Of a stretch of 64,000 nt of DNA, positions 1 to 8,726 are shown piece by piece. Under the pieces are notes generated by a model that searched no databases, was not told where the DNA came from, and worked only from the letters and a program-made list of their open reading frames with translations. The translations under genes were made by a program, and so were the position numbers. The stretch is from an uncultured Rhodocyclaceae bacterium (GTDB lineage: Bacteria; Pseudomonadota; Gammaproteobacteria; Burkholderiales; Rhodocyclaceae), in contig CAYZLI010000001.1 of NCBI GenBank assembly GCA_964479195.1, positions 28,572 to 92,571 on the forward strand. Reading direction: 5' to 3'. The first letter of the stretch is position 1. Each line of letters begins with the position of its first letter.

Positions 1-1
1 C

Positions 2-484
2 ACGCCGCCGGCGAACAACTGGTCCGGCTCGGCGCTGATCGACCGGGAGGGCCGGCTGGTGGGGGTGGGCTCCCTCTTCGTGCGGGACTCGGCGCAGACC
101 GACACGCCGCTGCCCGGCAACCTGTTCGTCCCCGTGGACCTGCTCAAGCCGATCCTTTCCGCTCTCATCGAAAAGGGCCGCCCCCCGGGGCCGGCCCGGC
201 CCTGGCTGGGGCTGGCGACCGAGGAGGTGGAAGGGCACCTGCTGGTGACCCGCACCTCGACCGAAGGACCGGCCGAGCAGGCGGGCATACGCGTGGGCGA
301 CATCGTAGTGTCCGTCGGCCGCGACCCGGTGCACAACCAGGCCGAGCTGTACCGCAAGGTATGGGGCCTGGGCCCGGCCGGGGTGGAGGTGCCGCTGCGG
401 GTGCTGCAGGGTGCCGACCTGCGGGATTTCAAGCTGCGCTCGGTGGATCGGCTGGACTACCTGAAGAGCGCGCCGGCCCATTGA
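2..484 (+). CDS. S1C/HtrA-like serine protease with C-terminal PDZ domain (5'-truncated by window)
   Basis: Open frame from window start: NWSGSALIDREGRLVGVGS...RPWLGL...GPAEQAGIRVGDIVVSV (PDZ). Confidence 0.75.
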   Translation, partial: TPPANNWSGSALIDREGRLVGVGSLFVRDSAQTDTPLPGNLFVPVDLLKPILSALIEKGRPPGPARPWLGLATEEVEGHLLVTRTSTEGPAEQAGIRVGDIVVSVGRDPVHNQAELYRKVWGLGPAGVEVPLRVLQGADLRDFKLRSVDRLDYLKSAPAH

Positions 485-517
485 GGGCCGCCGCCCCGTC
501 GCCGCGGATTCCGATTC

Positions 518-712
518 CTAAACGGATTCTTCCTGCTTCTGCTTGCGGCCCGTGAACCGCCTTTGCAGGCTCGCCAGATAATCGGACAAGGCCTTGTCGG
601 CGGACTTGCGGCTGGCCACGATCGCCGGTTCCTCAGTGCTCTTGGTCGTCAGGTTGCTCTCGACGCTTTCCTTGCGGGCACGCGACTGCTTTTCCATGAT
701 CCGGTAACACAT
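518..712 (-). CDS. Small hypothetical protein (64 aa)
   Basis: AGGAG 8 nt upstream of ATG at 712; no recognisable domain. Confidence 0.4.
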   Translation of the reverse strand: MCYRIMEKQSRARKESVESNLTTKSTEEPAIVASRKSADKALSDYLASLQRRFTGRKQKQEESV

Positions 713-930
713 GATTGCCACTCCTGCACAAGATGAAAGGAGCCGGTGGCTGATCTGCTGCCCGAACGGGGGCCCAGGAGGGGTGGGTGGGGTCGCCGAC
801 CAGGCGGGAAAGCTGAAAGCGCGCCGGCAAATCCGTGGACCACGCTGCAAGGGATTGGTTGCAGTCGCCGCGGACAGGGGCTAAGCTGTTGTTTCATCAG
901 AAGCAGCCTGACTTCCACGTTGCCAGAAGC

Positions 931-2622
931 ATGAGTCTGCCGCCATTTATCGACGCCAACCGGGAGGAGCGCGGCTCCCCGGAAGCCGCATCCGGGTACT
1001 GCCCCTACGGGCAGCTCTCCTATCTCGTCGTCGAGGACTCCCCGACCATGCGCACCTGGCTGAAGAACGCCATCGCCGACGCCGGCGGCAAGCGCATCGA
1101 AATGGCGGAGAACTACAACGACGCCCTGTACCGCATCCGCAACCGCGAGCCCTTCGACGTGGTGCTGTGCGACTATATCCTTGCCGACGCCCGCGACGGC
1201 CAGCAATTGCTCGAGGAGGTCCGCCGTTCCAAGCTGCTGCCCCAGTCGGCAGTGTGGATCATGATCACCGCCGAGCGGGCCTACGAGCAGGTTTTCTCGG
1301 CGGCGGAGCTCGCCCCGGACGACTACATCCTGAAGCCGCTGACCCCAGCCAGCTTCGGCCAACGCCTCGAGCGGGTCTATGCCAAGCGGCAGGCGCTGCG
1401 CGCCGTCACCGACTTCATGGACGCCGACCGGCACGACGAGGCGCTCGCCGCCGCGGTGGCGGCGCTCGGCGCCGGCTCGCCCTACGCCCTGGATTTCAAC
1501 CGGATCATCGGCGAATGCCTCCTGGCAACGCGCCGCTACAGCGAAGCCCTGGCCCACTACGAGAAACTCCTGTCCCACCACGCGACGCTGCCCTGGGCGA
1601 AGCTCGGACGGGCCCGCGCCTTCTTCCATCTCGACCAGCACGACGAGACGGAAGACATCCTGCGCGGCCTGATGTCCGAGCAGCCGGACTTCCTCAAAGC
1701 GCACGATCTGCTGGCGCGCATCCACGAACACCGCGGCGACTTCGAGGCCTCGAAGACCCTGCTCAAGGCACTGCTGTCGAAGAACCCGAAGGCGCTCGGG
1801 CGCCAGCGCGAGATCGTGCGCGTGGCGCTGGCCACGGGGGATAACGAGAGCGCCGTCGAGGCCTACGGCCTCATGCACCTGCACGGCAAGGGCTCCACCT
1901 TCCTGGCGCCGGGCGACTTCTGCACCTATGCCAATCTGCTGGTGAAGAGCGGCACCAAGGTGGCGCGGGAGCGCCTGGACCAGCTCGCCGCGAACCTGAA
2001 GCAATACCACGCCGCCGATGGCGGCTTTGTCTTCTCCGAGCGCCTCGTCAAGCTGGCCTCGGCGCAAGCCGCGGGAGACGCCGAGGCCACCGGGCGGGCC
2101 TACCGGGACCTGATCGCCGCGCGCCGGCAGACGGAACTGGGCGACAACGAGCAGCGCATGGCGCTCCTCGATGTGGCCGCGGCCATGGGCGACCAGGCCA
2201 CCGTGCTGGAGATGGCGGAAGTCCTCTACGACGACTACCAGGGCAACACCCGCATGGAGGCCCGGCTGACCGAGGTGATGAAACGCGCCGGGCTCGAAGC
2301 CAAGGCGCAGGAGATCGCCAAGGCCGCCGGCCAGCGGGTCGCCGACATGAACGTCAAGGCGGTGGGCCTGGCCAAGGCCGGCCGCCTGCGCGAAGCCATC
2401 GACGAGTTCATACGGCTGGCCAACGAGAGCCGGAACCTCACCGTGAGCCTGAATGCCGCGGTGGCCATCATCCAGTGGCTCGAACAGGGCGGCGACAGCG
2501 GACAGCTCGCGGCCAAGCTCGACGAGCTGATCGCTTTCGTGCGTACGCGCGACCCGGCCAACCCCCGGCTGGCGCAGATCCTCGAAGCGATGGCCCGGCT
2601 GGGTGGGCAGCCGCGCGCCTGA
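931..2622 (+). CDS. Response regulator receiver + TPR-repeat protein
   Basis: LVVED...VVLCDY...MITAE...DDYILKP receiver motifs followed by helical TPR-like repeats; start approximate. Confidence 0.8.
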   Translation: MSLPPFIDANREERGSPEAASGYCPYGQLSYLVVEDSPTMRTWLKNAIADAGGKRIEMAENYNDALYRIRNREPFDVVLCDYILADARDGQQLLEEVRRSKLLPQSAVWIMITAERAYEQVFSAAELAPDDYILKPLTPASFGQRLERVYAKRQALRAVTDFMDADRHDEALAAAVAALGAGSPYALDFNRIIGECLLATRRYSEALAHYEKLLSHHATLPWAKLGRARAFFHLDQHDETEDILRGLMSEQPDFLKAHDLLARIHEHRGDFEASKTLLKALLSKNPKALGRQREIVRVALATGDNESAVEAYGLMHLHGKGSTFLAPGDFCTYANLLVKSGTKVARERLDQLAANLKQYHAADGGFVFSERLVKLASAQAAGDAEATGRAYRDLIAARRQTELGDNEQRMALLDVAAAMGDQATVLEMAEVLYDDYQGNTRMEARLTEVMKRAGLEAKAQEIAKAAGQRVADMNVKAVGLAKAGRLREAIDEFIRLANESRNLTVSLNAAVAIIQWLEQGGDSGQLAAKLDELIAFVRTRDPANPRLAQILEAMARLGGQPRA

Positions 2623-3279
2623 TCATCCGTACCGACGCTGCCGCATGCGCGCGCCGCCCCGGATCAGGCGCAGCTCCGGTCTCCGGGGCCCGCGCTCCGG
2701 GGCAATGAGGGCGGGCCGCCAGGCCGCGCCGGCCAGCCGGCGCCAGCTCTCCACCTGGGCCTTGAGCGCCCAGTCGAACAGGGCGATCTGCTGCTCGAGC
2801 AATTCATGGCCGAGGGTCAGGGCGTTGCCCGGGGGCACTTCGAGGTAGGCGTCGGCCTCGGGCTGTTCCAGGACCAGGGCCATGCCCGCCTTGCGGACAA
2901 TGTGCAGCATCGCTCCGTTTTCCGTCAGGCAGTGCATGAACAGCTCGGTGAGCTGCAGGTTGCGCGCCCGGGTCAGGGCGCGGTGGAACAGCGCCGTGCC
3001 GATCCCCCGGCCGCGCTCCTGCGGAAGCACGCTCAGCCCCAGTTCGGCGGCCGAATCCAGGCAGGCGAGATGGGCCACACCGGCCAGCCCGAGGTCATCC
3101 GCGAAGACGCCGAACAGGCGGTCCCGTTCGAACGGGATGTTCTCCACATAGGCATGAACGGCCTCCGCGTGGCGCGGCGTGCCGAAGCGCAGGCGCAGGT
3201 CCTCCGCCGACAGTTGGTCGAAATGCCGCTTGAGCAGCGGGATGTGGTGGCGCGCGAGTTCGAATACCGGAGCGGTCAT
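2623..3279 (-). CDS. GNAT family N-acetyltransferase
   Basis: AELGLSVLPQERGRGIGTALF acetyl-CoA motif A; CLTENGAM. Confidence 0.85.
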   Translation of the reverse strand: MTAPVFELARHHIPLLKRHFDQLSAEDLRLRFGTPRHAEAVHAYVENIPFERDRLFGVFADDLGLAGVAHLACLDSAAELGLSVLPQERGRGIGTALFHRALTRARNLQLTELFMHCLTENGAMLHIVRKAGMALVLEQPEADAYLEVPPGNALTLGHELLEQQIALFDWALKAQVESWRRLAGAAWRPALIAPERGPRRPELRLIRGGARMRQRRYG

Positions 3280-3547
3280 GGTCGGCTCCCAATCGGATCA
3301 GGGGAAATGCCGCCCGGGGCAACGGGTCCGGGTGACTCCGGATCGCGGGGCGGCAAACGGATGGGCTTGAAATAATGCAGCCTCAATCTACCGCCCTCGC
3401 CGCGAAGCGACAAGCGAGGATTTCTCAGCCGACCGGATAGGAAAATTCAAGCTTACCGGCGCCAGGGTTAAGGATCTTTTTGCGTCGGCCCTGTGCCGGG
3501 GCGGCATTCTTGCCGATAATCCCAAAAACCTCGATTTCGGCCCGCAA

Positions 3548-4735
3548 ATGACACACAAAGCGCTCCAAGCCCTGAACAGCCAGGTCGCCGGCGAGACGAT
3601 CAGCGAGCTTGCCGGCAAGGAGTGGGTCTGGCTCGTCTCCTCGCGCAGCCATGTCACGCTGCTGGCCACGCGCCGCGCCGGGATGATCATCTCGCGGGTA
3701 CGCATCGTCGCGGCCTTGTTCGCTCTGCTGACGCCCCTCTGGGCGCTGATCGACGCCCTCGTCTTCCCCCGGGAGATCTGGCTGCCCCTGGGGGGGCAGC
3801 GGGTGGTCGCCACGGCCGCCTTCGTCGCCCTGCTGTTCTACCTGCGCGGCCCGGTAAACCTGCGCCGCGCCCATTTCGGCCTGGTGTTCCTGTTCGCCAC
3901 CCCCACGCTCTTGTATCTCTTCGCCGCCGCGCTCCTGGACAGCGTGCCGCTGGAAGGCGCTGCGCGGGCGGTCGCCGTCACCTACACCTTCCTGCCTTTC
4001 ATCGTGCTGACCGGCCTGAGCATGTTTCCCCTGACCGCCTTGGAGGCCCTGGCGCTCGCCGCCCCCATGCTGGCGGCCAAGGCGGGACTCACTGCTCTCT
4101 ACTGGTCCTCGCAGGACTGGCCCGCCGCCCTGGGCACCTACTGGCTCCTGCTGCTCGTCACGAGCGTCGCCGCCCTGGCGAGCATCAGCCAGCTGGCCTT
4201 CGTCATGGTCCTGGTGCGCCAGGCCATCCGCGATCCGATGACGAACTGCTTTTCCCGCAAGAGCGGCGAGGAGCTGCTGGAGCTGCAGTTCATCATCTCG
4301 GCGCGCAGCGGCGCGCCGCTGACGGTGGCCTTCCTCGACCTCGACTACTTCAAGCGGGTGAACGACGAGTTCGGCCACGATGCCGGCGACCAGGCCCTGA
4401 TCAAGGCCGTGCAGCAGGTTGCCGGCAGCCTGCGCACCGGCGACATGCTGACCCGCTGGGGCGGCGAGGAGTTCATCCTGATCATGCCCAACACCGACTG
4501 CGGCAAGGCAGTGGTGGCGCTCAATCGGCTGCGCGAGGCGGGCTTCGGCCTGCGCCCCGAGGGCGGCCCGCTCACCGCCAGCATCGGCGTGGCCGAGCGC
4601 CTGGCGGACCGGGCGGCCGACTGGAAGACCCTCGTAAACCTGGCCGACAGCCGCATGTACCAGGCGAAGCGCAGCGGACGCAACTGCATCGTCGCCTGCG
4701 GCCCGGCCGCGGTGGCGGCCGCGACGGCGAAATAA
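3548..4735 (+). CDS. Membrane-bound diguanylate cyclase
   Basis: Multiple TM segments, DLDYFKRVNDEFGHDAGD and RWGGEEF motifs. Confidence 0.92.
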   Translation: MTHKALQALNSQVAGETISELAGKEWVWLVSSRSHVTLLATRRAGMIISRVRIVAALFALLTPLWALIDALVFPREIWLPLGGQRVVATAAFVALLFYLRGPVNLRRAHFGLVFLFATPTLLYLFAAALLDSVPLEGAARAVAVTYTFLPFIVLTGLSMFPLTALEALALAAPMLAAKAGLTALYWSSQDWPAALGTYWLLLLVTSVAALASISQLAFVMVLVRQAIRDPMTNCFSRKSGEELLELQFIISARSGAPLTVAFLDLDYFKRVNDEFGHDAGDQALIKAVQQVAGSLRTGDMLTRWGGEEFILIMPNTDCGKAVVALNRLREAGFGLRPEGGPLTASIGVAERLADRAADWKTLVNLADSRMYQAKRSGRNCIVACGPAAVAAATAK

Positions 4736-4823
4736 GAACCGCCAATTTCCTCGTACAAGCAATCGATTTGCCCGCGCCCGCGGTTCCCGCTACGGTGGCC
4801 GTCCCATGGGCTGGCGAAGCCGG

Positions 4824-4867
4824 CACGAAGTTCCCCTCTCCCCCCCGGGGAGAGGGGCTAGGGGTGA
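4824..4867 (+). repeat. Palindromic repeat family A copy (CACGAmG-tt-CCCTCTCCC-loop-GGGAGAGGG-CTAGGGGTGA)
   Basis: Stem cccctctcccc/ggggagagggg; related copies at 5113-5150, 24981-25027, 52498-52542. Confidence 0.75.
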
Positions 4868-4889
4868 ACCGTCCTCCAGGAGAGCAGTC

Positions 4890-6089
4890 TTGAGCGAGAC
4901 CGAAAACGGAATGCGCGAGATCCGCATCAACCCGATCGTGCCGGCGGAATCCGTGCTGGTGGCCACGGCGCGCGGCATGCGCCCGAAGAAGGCCGAGGAG
5001 GCGGCGCCGCGGGACACGCGGAAGCGCGTCGACACCTGCCCCTTCTGCCGCGGCAACGAGGACAAGACGCCGCCGGCCATCCTCACCTACCCCCCGGGCC
5101 CGGAAGGGACCATCCCCCCAAGCCCCCTTCCTGGGGAAGGGGGTGACGTCAGTTCGCCGCCTGACGGCGGCTCCGGTTCCAACGCTGTCCCCGCCTTGGG
5201 GCGGCCCGGCGACGGGGACTGGGATATCCGCATCGTCGAGAACCTCTTCCCGGTGCTGGGCGACGAACGCGGCCAGGCGAACTTCAGCTTCGGCCTGCAG
5301 CAGACCATCGACGGCTACGGCCGCCACGAGGTGATGATCGACCACTACGAGCACGGCGCCGCCGTGCACGAGATGAGCACGGCGCACCTGGCCATGCTCT
5401 TCTCCGCCTACCGCGACCGCATGCGCCAGCTCTACGAAGCCAACCCGCGCCTGAAGTACGTGCTGGTGTTCAAGAACTTCGGCCCGGCCGCCGGCGCCAG
5501 CATCGCCCACACCCACAGCCAGGTCATCGCCATGCCCGTGGTGCCGGAGAACGTGCACCTCGAGGTGACCAACAGCGCCGCCTTCCACGCCAAGCACCAC
5601 CGCTGCATCTTCTGCTCGCTCATCGACGAGGCGCTCACCTTCGAGGCGACCCTCTACGACCGCGACTCGGGCGAGATCCGCCGCAAGATCAGCGTCGGCC
5701 AGTACGTGGTGGAACGCGGCAAGAAGTTCATCGCCATCAAGCCCTTCGCCAGCCGCTACGAGTGGGAGGTGCATATCCTGCCGCTGGCGCATCAGAGCGA
5801 CTTCCTCGCCATCGGCCCGGAGGACCTGGGCGACCTGGCGCAGGTGCTGAAGCGCACCATGGCGCGGCTGGACGCCGTCATCGGCGGCGCCCAGTACAAC
5901 TACTTCCTGCACTCGGTGCCCCACGACGGCCACGAGGCGGAGCACGCGGCGAGCTACCACTGGCACCTGGAGATCTGCCCGCGCACCTCCATCCCCACGG
6001 GCTTCGAGCTGGGCTCGGGCCTGTTCGTGAATACCATCAGCCCCGAGGCGGCGGCGCAGCGGCTGCGGGAAGCGCAGATCGACGGCTAG
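4890..6089 (+). CDS. apt: GalT/HIT-family nucleotidyltransferase, probable adenylylsulfate:phosphate adenylyltransferase (APAT, 'ADP sulfurylase')
   Basis: CPFCRGNE, GRHEV, AGASIAHTHSQ, CIFC, YHWHLEI...TGFELGSG GalT-family motifs; N-terminus REIRINPIVPAESVLVATAR resembles my recollection of Thiobacillus APAT; next to dsr cluster. TTG start with AGGAGA (alternative ATG 4911). Confidence 0.7.
   Translation: MSETENGMREIRINPIVPAESVLVATARGMRPKKAEEAAPRDTRKRVDTCPFCRGNEDKTPPAILTYPPGPEGTIPPSPLPGEGGDVSSPPDGGSGSNAVPALGRPGDGDWDIRIVENLFPVLGDERGQANFSFGLQQTIDGYGRHEVMIDHYEHGAAVHEMSTAHLAMLFSAYRDRMRQLYEANPRLKYVLVFKNFGPAAGASIAHTHSQVIAMPVVPENVHLEVTNSAAFHAKHHRCIFCSLIDEALTFEATLYDRDSGEIRRKISVGQYVVERGKKFIAIKPFASRYEWEVHILPLAHQSDFLAIGPEDLGDLAQVLKRTMARLDAVIGGAQYNYFLHSVPHDGHEAEHAASYHWHLEICPRTSIPTGFELGSGLFVNTISPEAAAQRLREAQIDG
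5113..5150 (-). repeat. Palindromic repeat family A copy, in frame inside apt
   Basis: tccccccaag-cccccttcc-tgg-ggaaggggg-tgacgtc encodes IPPSPLPGEGGDV. Confidence 0.65.
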
Positions 6090-6095
6090 TACATC

Positions 6096-6173
6096 GTAGG
6101 GCGCATTAGGCGCAGCCGTAATGCGCCGGATCGGCGAATATCCGGCGCATTACGCTTCGCCATTGCGCCCTAC
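6096..6173. repeat. GTAG-type REP doublet (REPIN-like)
   Basis: GTAGGGCGCATTAGGCGCAGCCGTAATGCGCC ... GGCGCATTACGCTTCGCCATTGCGCCCTAC, inverted pair between convergent genes. Confidence 0.8.
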
Positions 6174-6187
6174 AGGGGGTACGGGGA

Positions 6188-7069
6188 TTACCGGGAAGCC
6201 ACCGGCTCGAAATAGCGCGCCCGGTAGAGCAGCCGCTTGCGCGTCTCGCTGTCGGTGAAGGCCTGACGGTCGTGCAGGACGTTGTTGCACACCAGGCCCA
6301 TGCCGGGCTCCAGCCGGCCGCGGAAGATGTAGGGACTGTCGCCGGCCAATACCCGTTCCAGGGCGGCCACGGCGGCCTTCGTGGCGGCATCCTGCTTCCA
6401 TTCGATGCTCACCGTGCGCGCCGTGTAGCGCATGTGCAGCTTTCCGTCCGGATAGACGGCAAACACCGGCCCCGGCTGGGTGGGGCGCGCCACGGCCCCG
6501 TCCCCCAGCCGCGGCGGGATGGTCATGGCATCCGGCGCCATGAGGGCGCGGATATGCTCCGGGTCTTCGTCGCGCAGCAGGAGGTAGGCGATCTCGTGGT
6601 CCATGAGCTGGTTCTCGCCGCCCGATTCCGCGCTCTCCACGCAATGCAGCAGCAGGCCGTGCACCTGGCGGTCCAGCGTGTTGTAGTAGCCGTCGGTGTG
6701 CCACTTGATGCCGCGGTTGGTGTACGGGATGAACTCCGTGCGGGTGCCGGCCGGGGCCACCGCCAGCGGAGAAATGCCGTCGTCGTCAGCCAGCATGTTG
6801 GCGTCCAGGCGCGCCAATCCGAGCTGCAGTCCCAGCTTGCGCGGAATGTCCTTGTCGGGATCGCGTCCGGTGCGCGAGACGTAGAGCGCCATGTTGGCAC
6901 TGGCGCAGCGGGACAGCAGCGCATCGCGCTGCGCCGGCGTGAGGCGGCGCGGATCGTCGATCTCGACCACCAGTTCGGCGAGGCTGCGCGGATGAGCGGC
7001 CAGCTTGCGCTCGCGCCACGCCGCGTAGGCGTCGGCGTTGCCCAGATGAAAGTGAGCCAGGTTCTTCAT
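6188..7069 (-). CDS. TauD/TfdA-like Fe(II)/2-oxoglutarate oxygenase-fold protein
   Basis: WHTDGYY (HxD), GGEN, NNVLHDR (third His), LLYRARY; ATGA overlap with upstream gene. Confidence 0.8.
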   Translation of the reverse strand: MKNLAHFHLGNADAYAAWRERKLAAHPRSLAELVVEIDDPRRLTPAQRDALLSRCASANMALYVSRTGRDPDKDIPRKLGLQLGLARLDANMLADDDGISPLAVAPAGTRTEFIPYTNRGIKWHTDGYYNTLDRQVHGLLLHCVESAESGGENQLMDHEIAYLLLRDEDPEHIRALMAPDAMTIPPRLGDGAVARPTQPGPVFAVYPDGKLHMRYTARTVSIEWKQDAATKAAVAALERVLAGDSPYIFRGRLEPGMGLVCNNVLHDRQAFTDSETRKRLLYRARYFEPVASR

Positions 7070-7674
7070 TGTCCGGATACCGTCGGCCCGGAACGGCGGC
7101 CGCCTTGTTCGTCCTTGCCAAAAAGCCCCTTCAGGGTCTTCTCGATCGCCTTGACGCCCTCCGGCGCCTCGATCTCCATGACCTGATCGTAGACCCAGGT
7201 GCGATCCTTCGACCGCATGCCGTCGCGCACCCGCGCCGCGAAACAGCGGCGGAAGCCGAAGTCCGGCCCCTCGGCGCCGTAGCCATACTCGGCGTAGTCG
7301 GCCCCGGCGGCGTTGAACAGTTCGAGGAAGTGCTTGCGGCACTCCCCCGGGACGCCGGTCTCGAGCAGCATGTCGGCGTTTTCCTCGATCGCCTCCGCCA
7401 TGCGGATCGCCAGCGCCGTGGTGAACTCGGCCCGCGGCTCCGCTTCCAGTTCGCGGAAGGCGATGCGGTCGGCCACCTGGGCGTAGAAGGCCATCGACTC
7501 GCAGGCGAAATCGAAATAGGGCCGGCCCAGGTCGATGTCGAACTTCGCCTCGCGCATGCGCTTGATGGAGTCGATGGCGAGCTTCCAGGCCAGCATGGCC
7601 ACCACGCTGGCCAGCTCCTTCATGGAGCGTGCGCGCCCGGCGGCGTGGAAGCGGCTGCGGATGCGGATAGCCAT
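7066..7674 (-). CDS. Conserved hypothetical protein (202 aa) in dsr-accessory operon
   Basis: Typical codon usage, translationally coupled to the TauD-like gene. Confidence 0.75.
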   Translation of the reverse strand: MAIRIRSRFHAAGRARSMKELASVVAMLAWKLAIDSIKRMREAKFDIDLGRPYFDFACESMAFYAQVADRIAFRELEAEPRAEFTTALAIRMAEAIEENADMLLETGVPGECRKHFLELFNAAGADYAEYGYGAEGPDFGFRRCFAARVRDGMRSKDRTWVYDQVMEIEAPEGVKAIEKTLKGLFGKDEQGGRRSGPTVSGQ

Positions 7675-7686
7675 GGTCAGGATCCC

Positions 7687-7769
7687 GTAGATTCCGGGCG
7701 CAATAGCCGCGCAGCGGTGTATTGCGCCGAAAACATCCGGCGCAATGCGCTACGCTTATTGCGCCCTAC
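7687..7769. repeat. GTAG-type REP doublet (REPIN-like), second copy
   Basis: GTAG(attcc)GGGCGCAATAGCC...TATTGCGCC ... GGCGCAATGCGCTACGCTTATTGCGCCCTAC. Confidence 0.8.
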
Positions 7770-7788
7770 TCGGTCAAAAACGGCGCTC

Positions 7789-8127
7789 TCAGTAGCCTCC
7801 TTTGCCGTAAGGTTGGGGGAGCCCCGCGACCTTGCAGCCCTGCTTGGCGGCACCGCCGGCGGGGAAGAGGTCGAACAGCTTCTTGCTGTCGGCCTCCGGC
7901 ATGACGTCCTCGTCCTGCAAGGCCTTGATCATGTTGCGCAGGCTCGGCGTATGGCCGTCCTCGCGGTACTTGTCGCGCAGGAAGCCGATGACTTTCATGT
8001 GCTCGTCGCTCAGGGCAAGGCCCTCGGCGGCGGCGATGACCTGCACCGCCTCGTCGCTGAAATCCGGCTCCAGCAGGTAGCCGTCGGCATCGGTCTCCTT
8101 CTCGACTCCGTTGATCACATAGGTCAT
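7789..8127 (-). CDS. DsrC/TusE-family paralog lacking the C-terminal Cys (RspA-type)
   Basis: ETDADGYLL...LSDEH..VIGFLR...LFDLFP..GAAKQGCKVAGLP, ending QPYGKGGY. Confidence 0.88.
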   Translation of the reverse strand: MTYVINGVEKETDADGYLLEPDFSDEAVQVIAAAEGLALSDEHMKVIGFLRDKYREDGHTPSLRNMIKALQDEDVMPEADSKKLFDLFPAGGAAKQGCKVAGLPQPYGKGGY

Positions 8128-8218
8128 TTTTCGTCTCCTTCAGTGGCTTGTTTTGGGGGGAACGCAAGGCCCCGCCGCGGCCGCCTCCAAGGCGGCGCGC
8201 CGGGACCGAATCCGCTGG

Positions 8219-8698
8219 CTATTTCTTGCGCAGGTAGAACTCGTAGGAGCCGCGGGCGATCTCCACGCGGGCGGCCAGTTCGAGGGCTGTGCTCCTAACC
8301 CAGGCGTCCACGTCCGCCGGCGTGCCGGGGCAGTTGCTGACGAGCAGCAGCACCTCGCCCGGATTCATGCTCTCCAGCAGCTTCTTCGCCTCGAGGATGG
8401 GACCCGGGCAGGACAGGCCGCGCACGTCCAGCACCGCGTTGGCCGTGGGTCGGGTCGCGCCTGCGCCCTTCTTGATGGTGTAGGCGGCCTTGGCGCCGTC
8501 CAGCTTCTTGGTCTCGACGACCTCGTTGCCCGTCTGGCGCGCCCAGGCGAAGAGATCATCGGAGGTGCCCGGGCAGTCCGAGACCAGCAGCATGGTCTGG
8601 CCGGCCTCCATGTCGTCGACGATCTTCTTGGCGCCGATCAGGGGCGCCGGGCAGGACAGGCCGCTCATGTCCAGGGTTACGGCGGGTTTTGTGCTCAT
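8219..8698 (-). CDS. Tandem two-domain TusA-family sulfur carrier
   Basis: Two repeats, LDMSGLSCPAP and LDVRGLSCPGP, each followed by LLVS(D/N)CPGT. Confidence 0.88.
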   Translation of the reverse strand: MSTKPAVTLDMSGLSCPAPLIGAKKIVDDMEAGQTMLLVSDCPGTSDDLFAWARQTGNEVVETKKLDGAKAAYTIKKGAGATRPTANAVLDVRGLSCPGPILEAKKLLESMNPGEVLLLVSNCPGTPADVDAWVRSTALELAARVEIARGSYEFYLRKK

Positions 8699-8726
8699 GG
8701 TTCCTCTCAGTAATACAGTTGTTTGT

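Noticed and set aside
4890..6089. Leloir-pathway galT
   Set aside because: No galK/galE context; the sulfur-oxidation neighbourhood favours APAT.
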